DNA of 64,000 nucleotides from Eledone cirrhosa (taxonomy: Eukaryota): NCBI GenBank assembly GCA_964016885.1, contig OZ024741.1:257238001-257302000 (forward strand), given 5' to 3'. The notes under the pieces were generated by a model. That model was not told where the DNA came from. It did not search any database and worked only from the letters and a program-made list of their open reading frames with translations. The position numbers were made by a program, and so were the translations under genes. This document shows, piece by piece, positions 56,401-64,000 of this stretch (position 1 is its first letter; the number at the start of each line of letters is the position of its first letter).

Positions 56401-57036
56401 CGAGTGCTTCGGTTTGCGAGTGTTTCGACTTACGAGTGTTTCGGCTTACGAGTGTTTCGACTTATGAGTGTTTCGACTTACGAGTGTTTTGACTTATGGT
56501 GTTTCGGCTTACGAGTGTTTCGACATACGAGTGTTTTGACTTACGCGGGTTTCGACTTACGGGTGTTTCGACGTAAGAGTGTTTCGACTTACGAGCGCTT
56601 CGACTTACGAGTGTTTCGACTTACGAGTGTTTCGGCGTACGAGTGTTTTGACTTACGAGTGCTTTGACTTACGAATGTTTTGAATTACTTCGACTTACGA
56701 GTGATCTGACTTACGAGTGTTCCTACTTACGAGTGTTTCGACTTACGAGTGTTCTGACTTACGAGTGTTCTGACTTACGAGTGTTCTGACTTACGAGTGT
56801 TCCGACTTACGAGTGTTTCGACTTACGAGTGTTTTGACTTACGAATGTTCTGACTTACGAGTGGTTCGCCTTACGAGTGTTTCGACTTACGAGTGTTTTA
56901 ACTTACGGGTGTTTCGACTTACGCGTGTTTTGACTTACGAGTGTTTCGATTTACGAGTGTTTCGACTTACGAATGTTCCGACTTACGAGTGTTTCTACTT
57001 ACGAGTGTTTCGGCTTACGAGTGTTTCGACTTACGA

Positions 57037-57113
57037 AAATAACAAATAGACGCGGTTTCAAATATCTATGCTTTTCAAATTCATTACATTAATCTTTATT
57101 TATACGTTTCGCT
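57037..57113 (+). repeat. 77-bp block, copy 17
   Basis: Direct sequence match. Confidence 0.97.
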
Positions 57114-59983
57114 TTACGAGTGTTTCGGCGTACGAGTGTTTCGACTTACGAGTGTTTTGACTTACGTGTGTTTCGGCATACGAGTGTTTTGTCTTACGAG
57201 TGTTTTGACTTACGGGTGTTTCGGCTTACGAGTGTTTCGACTTATGAGTGTTCTGACTTACGAGTGTTCCAACTTACGAGCGTTCCGACTTACGAGTGTT
57301 TCGGCTTACGAGTGTTCCGACTTACGAGTGTTTCGACTTACGAGTGTTTTGACTTACGGTGTTTCGGCTTACGAGTGTTTTGACTTACGAGTGTTTTGAC
57401 TTACGGGTGATTTGACATACGAGTGTTTCGATACGAGTGTTCTGACTTACGAGTGTTCTGACTTACGAGTGTTCTGACTTACGAGTGTTCTGACTTACGA
57501 GTGGTCTGACTTACGGGTGTTCTTACTTACGAGTGTTCCGACTTACGGGTGTTCTGACTTACGTGTGTTCCGACTTACGAGTGTTTCGGTTATGGGTGTT
57601 TCGACTTACGAGTGTTTCGACTTACGAATGTTTTGGCTTACGAGTGTTTCGGCTTACGAATGTTTTGGCTTACGAGTGTTTCGGCTTACGGGTGTTTCGA
57701 CTTACGAGTGTTTCGACTTACGAGTGTTTTGACTTACGGTGTTTCGGCTTACGATTTATTCGACTTACGAGTGTTTCGACTTACGGGTGTTTCGACTTAC
57801 TGGTGTTTCGACTTACGAGTGTTTCGACTTATGAGTGTTTCGACTTACGAGTGTTCTGACTTACGAGTGTTCTGACTTACGAGTGTTCCGACTTACGAGT
57901 GTTTCGGTTTACGAGTGTTTCGACATACGAGTGTTTTGACTTACGGGTGTTTCGACTTACGGGTGTTTCGACTTACGAGTGTTTCGGCTTACGAGTGTTT
58001 CGACTTACTAATGTTTTTACTTACGAGTGTTTCGGTGTACGAGTGTTTCGACTTAAGGATGTTTCGACTTGCGAGTGTTTCGACTTACGTGTGTTTCGGC
58101 TTACGTGAGTTTCGACTTAAGAGTGTTCTGATTTACGAGTGTTCTGACTTGCGGGTGTTCTGATTTACGAGTGTTCCGACTTACGAGTGTTTCGGCTTAT
58201 GAGTGTTTCGACTTACGAGTGTTTCGGCTTACGAGTGTTTCGACTGATGGGTGTTTCGACTTACGAGTGTTTTTACTTACGGTGTTTCGGCTTACGAGTG
58301 TTTCGACATACGAGTGTTCAGACTTACGAGTGTTCCGACTTACGAGCGTTCCGACTTACGAGTGTTTCGACTTACGAGTGTTAAGACTTACGGGTGTTTT
58401 GACATACGAGTGTTTCGATACGAGTGTTTCGACTTACGAGTGTTACGAGTGTTCTGACTTACGAGTGTTCTGACTTACGAGTGTTCTGACTTACGAGTGT
58501 TCTGATTTACGAGTGTTCTGACTTACGAGCGTTCTGACTTACGAGTGTTTCGGCTTACGAGTGTTTCGACTTACGAGTGTTCTGACTTACGAGTGTTCCG
58601 ACTTTCGAGCGTTCCGACTTACGAGTGTTTAGGCTTACAAGTGTTCCGACTTACGAGTGTTTCGAGTTACGAGTGTTTTGACTTACGGTGTTTCTGCTTA
58701 CGAGTGTTTCGACTTACGAGTGTTAAGACTTACGGGTGTTTTGACATACGAGTGTTTCGATACGAGTGTTTCGACTTACGAGTGTTACGAGTGTTCTGAC
58801 TTACGAGTGTTTCGACTTACGAGTGTTCTGACCTACAAGTGTTCTGACTTACGAGTGTTTCGACTTATGATTGTTTTTTTCACTTACGGGTGTTCCGACT
58901 TACGAGTGTTTCGACTTACGAGTGTTTGGACTTACGGGTGTTCCGACTTACGAGTGTTTCGGCTTACGATTGTTTCGACTTACGAGTGTTTCGGTTTACG
59001 AGTGTTTCGACTTACGGGTGTTTTGACTTACGATTGTTTGGGCTTACGAATGTTTCGACTTACGAGTGTTTCGACTTACGAGTGTTTTGACTTACGGTGT
59101 TTCGGCTTACGAGTGTTTTGACTTACGAGTGTTTTGACTTACGCGTGTTTTGACATACGAGTGTTTCGATACGAGTGTTCTGACTTACGAGTGTTCTGAC
59201 TTACGAGTGTTCTGACTTACGAGTGGTCTGACTTACGGGTGTTCTGACTTACGAGTGTTCCGACTTACGAGTGTTTCAGCTTATGAGTGTTTCGACTTAC
59301 GAGTGCTTCGGTTTGCGAGTGTTTCGACTTACGAGTGTTTCGGCTTACGAGTGTTTCGACTTATGAGTGTTTCGACTTACGAGTGTTTTGACTTATGGTG
59401 TTTCGGCTTACGAGTGTTTCGACATACGAGTGTTTTGACTTACGCGGGTTTCGACTTACGGGTGTTTCGACGTAAGAGTGTTTCGACTTACGAGCGCTTC
59501 GACTTACGAGTGTTTCGACTTACGAGTGTTTCGGCGTACGAGTGTTTTGACTTACGAGTGTTTCGACTTACGAGTGCTTTGACTTACGAATGTTTTGAAT
59601 TACTTCGACTTACGAGTGTTCCTACTTACGAGTGTTTCGTCTTACGAGTGTTTCGACTTGCGAGTGTTTCGACTTACGAGTGTTTCGACTTACGAGTGTT
59701 CTGACTTACGAGTGTTCTGACTTACGAGTGTTCTGACTTACGAGTGTTCCGACTTACGAGTGTTTCGACTTACGAGTGTTTTGACTTACGAATGTTCTGA
59801 CTTACGAGTGTTTCGCCTTACGAGTGTTTCGACTTACGAGTGTTTTAACTTACGGGTGTTTCGACTTACGCGTGTTTCGACTTATGAGTGTTTCGATTTA
59901 CGAGTGTTTCGACTTACGAATGTTCCGACTTACGAGTGTTTCTACTTACGAGTGTTTCGGCTTACGAGTGTTTCGACTTACGA

Positions 59984-60060
59984 AAATAACAAATAGACGC
60001 GGTTTCAAATATCTATGCTTTTCAAATTCATTACATTAATCTTTATTTATACATTTCGCT
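59984..60060 (+). repeat. 77-bp block, copy 18 (TATACATTTCG variant)
   Basis: Direct match with one CpG>CpA change. Confidence 0.97.
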
Positions 60061-62786
60061 TTACGAGTGTTTCGGCGTACGAGTGTTTCGACATACGAGT
60101 GTTTTGACTTACGTGTGTTTCGGCATACGAGTGTTTTGACTTACGAGTGTTTTGACTTACGGGTGTTTCGGCTTACGAGTGTTTCGACTTACGAGTGTTC
60201 TGACTTACGAGTGTTCCGACTTACGAGCGTTCCGACTTACGAGTGTTTCGGCTTACGAGTGTTCCGACTTACGAGTGTTTCGACTTACGAGTGTTTTGAC
60301 TTACGGTGTTTCGGCTTACGAGTGTTTCGACTTACGAGTGTTTTGACTTACGGGTGATTTGACATACGAGTGTTTCGATACGAGTGTTCTGACTTACGAG
60401 TGTTCTGACTTACGAGTGTTCTGACTTACGAGTGTTCTGACTTACGAGTGGTCTGACTTACGGGTGTTCTTACTTACGAGTGTTCCGACTTACGGGTGTT
60501 CTGACTTACGTGTGTTCCGACTTACGAGTGTTTCGGTTATGGGTGTTTCGACTTACGAGTGTTTCGACTTACGAATGTTTTGGCTTACGAGTGTTTCGGC
60601 TTACGAATGTTTTGGCTTACGAGTGTTTCGGCTTACGAGTGTTTTGACTTACGGTGTTTCGGCTTACGATTTATTCGACTTACGAGTGTTTCGACTTACG
60701 GGTGTTTCGACTTACTGGTGTTTCGACTTACGAGTGTTTCGACTTATGAGTGTTTCGACTTACGAGTGTTCTGACTTACGAGTGTTCTGACTTACGAGTG
60801 TTCCGACTTACGAGTGTTTCGGTTTACGAGTGTTTCGACATACGAGTGTTTTGACTTACGGGTGTTTCGACTTACGGGTGTTTCGACTTACGAGTGTTTC
60901 GGCTTACGAGTGTTTCGACTTACTAATGTTTTTACTTACGAGTGTTTCGGTGTACGAGTGTTTCGACTTAAGGATGTTTCGACTTGCGAGTGTTTCGACT
61001 TACGTGTGTTTCGGCTTACGTGAGTTTCGACTTAAGAGTGTTCTGATTTACGAGTGTTCTGACTTGCGGGTGTTCTGATTTACGAGTGTTCCGACTTACG
61101 AGTGTTTCGGCTGATGAGTGTTTCGACTTACGAGTGTTTCGGCTTACGAGTGTTTCGACTGATGGGTGTTTCGACTTACGAGTGTTTTTACTTACGGTGT
61201 TTCGGCTTACGAGTGTTTCGACATACGAGTGTTCAGACTTACGAGTGTTCCGACTTACGAGCGTTCCGACTTACGAGTGTTTCGACTTACGAGTGTTAAG
61301 ACTTACGGGTGTTTTGACATACGAGTGTTTCGATACGAGTGTTTCGACTTACGAGTGTTACGAGTGTTCTGACTTACGAGTGTTCTGACTTACGAGTGTT
61401 CTGACTTACGAGTGTTCTGATTTACGAGTGTTCTGACTTACGAGCGTTCTGACTTACGAGTGTTTCGGCTTACGAGTGTTTCGACTTACGAGTGTTCCGA
61501 CTTTCGAGCGTTCCGACTTACGAGTGTTTAGGCTTACAAGTGTTCCGACTTACGAGTGTTTCGAGTTACGAGTGTTTTGACTTACGGTGTTTCTGCTTAC
61601 GAGTGTTTCGACTTACGAGTGTTAAGACTTACGGGTGTTTTGACATACGAGTGTTTCGATACGAGTGTTTCGACTTACGAGTGTTACGAGTGTTCTGACT
61701 TACGAGTGTTTCGACTTACGATTGTTTTTTTCACTTACGGGTGTTCCGACTTACGAGTGTTTCGACTTACGAGTGTTTGGACTTACGGGTGTTCCGACTT
61801 ACGAGTGTTTCGGCTTACGATTGTTTCGACTTACGAGTGTTTCGGTTTACGAGTGTTTCGACTTACGAGTGTTTTGACTTACGGTGTTTCGGCTTACGAG
61901 TGTTTTGACTTACGAGTGTTTTGACTTACGCGTGTTTTGACATACGAGTGTTTCGATACGAGTGTTCTGACTTACGAGTGTTCTGACTTACGAGTGTTCT
62001 GACTTACGAGTGGTCTGACTTACGGGTGTTCTGACTTACGAGTGTTCCGACTTACGAGTGTTTCAGCTTATGAGTGTTTCGACTTACGAGTGCTTCGGTT
62101 TACGAGTGTTTCGACTTACGAGTGTTTCGGCTTACGAGTGTTTCGACTTATGAGTGTTTCGACTTACGAGTGTTTTGACTTATGGTGTTTCGGCTTACGA
62201 GTGTTTCGACATACGAGTGTTTTGACTTACGCGGGTTTCGACTTACGGGGTTTTCGACGTAAGAGTGTTTCGACTTACGAGCGCTTCGACTTACGAGTGT
62301 TTCGACTTACGAGTGTTTCGGCGTACGAGTGTTTTGACTTACGAGTGTTTCGACTTACGAGTGCTTTGACTTACGAATGTTTTGAATTACTTCGACTTAC
62401 GAGTGATCTGACTTACGAGTGTTCCTACTTACGAGTGTTTCGTCTTACGAGTGTTTCGACTTGCGAGTGTTTCGACTTACGAGTGTTTCGACTTACGAGT
62501 GTTCTGACTTACGAGTGTTCTGACTTACGAGTGTTCTGACTTACGAGTGTTCCGACTTACGAGTGTTTCGACTTACGAGTGTTTTGACTTACGAATGTTC
62601 TGACTTACGAGTGTTTCGCCTTACGAGTGTTTCGACTTACGAGTGTTTTAACTTACGGGTGTTTCGACTTACGCGTGTTTCGACTTACGAGTGTTTCGAT
62701 TTACGAGTGTTTCGACTTACGAATGTTCCGACTTACGAGTGTTTCTACTTACGAGTGTTTCGGCTTACGAGTGTTTCGACTTACGA

Positions 62787-62863
62787 TAATAACAAATAGA
62801 CGCGGTTTCAAATATCTATGCTTTTCAAATTCATTACATTAATCTTTATTTATACGTTTCGCT
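62787..62863 (+). repeat. 77-bp block, copy 19 (starts TAATAAC)
   Basis: Direct match with a first-base substitution. Confidence 0.97.
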
Positions 62864-64000
62864 TTACGAGTGTTTCGGCGTACGAGTGTTTCGACATTAC
62901 GAGTGTTTTGACTTACGTGTGTTTCGGCATACGAGTGTTTTGACTTACGAGTGTTTTGACTTACGGGTGTTTCGGCTTACGAGTGTTTCGACTTACGAGT
63001 GTTCTGACTTACGAGTGTTCCGACTTACGAGCGTTCCGACTTACGAGTGTTTCGGCTTACGAGTGTTCCGACTTACGAGTGTTTCGACTTACGAGTGTTT
63101 TGACTTACGGTGTTTCGGCTTACGAGTGTTTTGACTTACGAGTGTTTTGACTTACGGGTGATTTGACATACGAGTGTTTCGATACGAGTGTTCTGACTTA
63201 CGAGTGTTCTGACTTACGAGTGTTCTGACTTACGAGTGTTCTGACTTACGAGTGGTCTGACTTACGGGTGTTCTTACTTACGAGTGTTCCGACTTACGGG
63301 TGTTCTGACTTACGTGTGTTCCGACTTACGAGTGTTTCGGTTATGGGTGTTTCGACTTACGAGTGTTTCGACTTACGAATGTTTTGGCTTACGAGTGTTT
63401 CGGCTTACGAATGTTTTGGCTTACGAGTGTTTCGGCTTACGAGTGTTTTGACTTACGGTGTTTCGGCTTACGATTTATTCGACTTACGAGTGTTTCGACT
63501 TACGGGTGATTCGACTTACTGGTGTTTCGACTTACGAGTGTTTCGACTTATGAGTGTTTCGACTTACGAGTGTTCTGACTTACGAGTGTTCTGACTTACG
63601 AGTGTTCCGACTTACGAGTGTTTCGGTTTACGAGTGTTTCGACATACGAGTGTTTTGACTTACGGGTGTTTCGACTTACGGGTGTTTCGACTTACGAGTG
63701 TTTCGGCTTACGAGTGTTTCGACTTACTAATGTTTTTACTTACGAGTGTTTCGGTGTACGAGTGTTTCGACTTAAGGATGTTTCGACTTGCGAGTGTTTC
63801 GACTTACGTGTGTTTCGGCTTACGTGAGTTTCGACTTAAGAGTGTTCTGATTTACGAGTGTTCTGACTTGCGGGTGTTCTGATTTACGAGTGTTCCGACT
63901 TACGAGTGTTTCGGCTTATGAGTGTTTCGACTTACGAGTGTTTCGGCTTACGAGTGTTTCGACTGATGGGTGTTTCGACTTACGAGTGTTTTTACTTACG

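Larger units (their letters stand above)
40070..56750 (+). repeat. 8,334-bp near-perfect tandem duplication (junction near 48405)
   Basis: Constant 8,334 offset for ORFs 40190/48524, 40975/49309, 43711/52045, 46199/54533 and 48022/56356. Private variants ACTTACTTGTG, CTTACAAATG and TTCCGAGTTAC are present in both copies. Confidence 0.93.
7241..64000 (+). repeat. 16-bp tandem satellite array, main block, organised into ~2.8-3.7 kb higher-order repeats; runs off the window end
   Basis: Same monomer in the same orientation throughout. Strings of diagnostic variant monomers recur at kb-scale offsets, which shows as identical pseudo-ORF translations repeating in the ORF track. Confidence 0.99.

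Noticed and set aside
2154-62863. CRISPR-like array (constant 77-bp block with variable intervening DNA, or 16-bp repeats)
   Set aside because: No unique 25-45 bp spacers, the intervening DNA is kb-long satellite, the 16-mers are directly adjacent, and there are no cas genes or leader.
138-63882. Hundreds of + strand ORFs (YECFDLRVFRLTSVST repeats, up to 214 aa)
   Set aside because: They overlap in all three frames, mostly start at GTG/TTG inside monomers, and are broken by frequent frameshifting indels and TGA variants. They are translation artefacts of a 16-bp repeat.
1-64000. Telomerase-made long telomeric repeat (budding-yeast-like 16-25 bp units)
   Set aside because: No G-run, many variants inherited in kb-scale HORs with embedded blocks, and a length of at least 64 kb. 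This indicates recombinational amplification rather than templated synthesis.
1-64000. Information-encoding variant cassettes (DGR, antigenic-variation or synthetic data-storage array)
   Set aside because: Variant strings are explained by nested tandem duplication and point mutation. There is no reverse transcriptase, recombinase, expression site or designed addressing structure.

Overview
The window is almost entirely one non-coding, single-orientation tandem satellite with a 16-bp monomer (consensus GACTTACGAGTGTTTC, about 44% GC, two CpGs; roughly 3,900 copies estimated from length). The architecture looks eukaryotic, for example (peri)centromeric or heterochromatic DNA. A conserved 77-bp AT-rich non-satellite block interrupts it 19 times and marks higher-order repeats (HORs) mostly 2.8-3.7 kb long. 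These are nested in larger tandem duplications of 683 bp, 1,642 bp, 8,334 bp and about 16.1/14.3 kb. The only unique sequence is a 740-bp AT-rich island (6503-7240) with Helitron-like features: a 17-bp-arm hairpin ending in CTAG fused to a TCTATATATATAAAA start, and two copies of a ~110-bp segment. All supplied ORFs are artefacts of the repeat, and I found no genes, RNA genes or CRISPR array. The most interesting hypothesis is that the monomer is an amplified pogo/Tigger subterminal (CENP-B-box-like) binding motif organised into alpha-satellite-style HORs. That hypothesis rests on recalled motif similarity and needs database and experimental checks.
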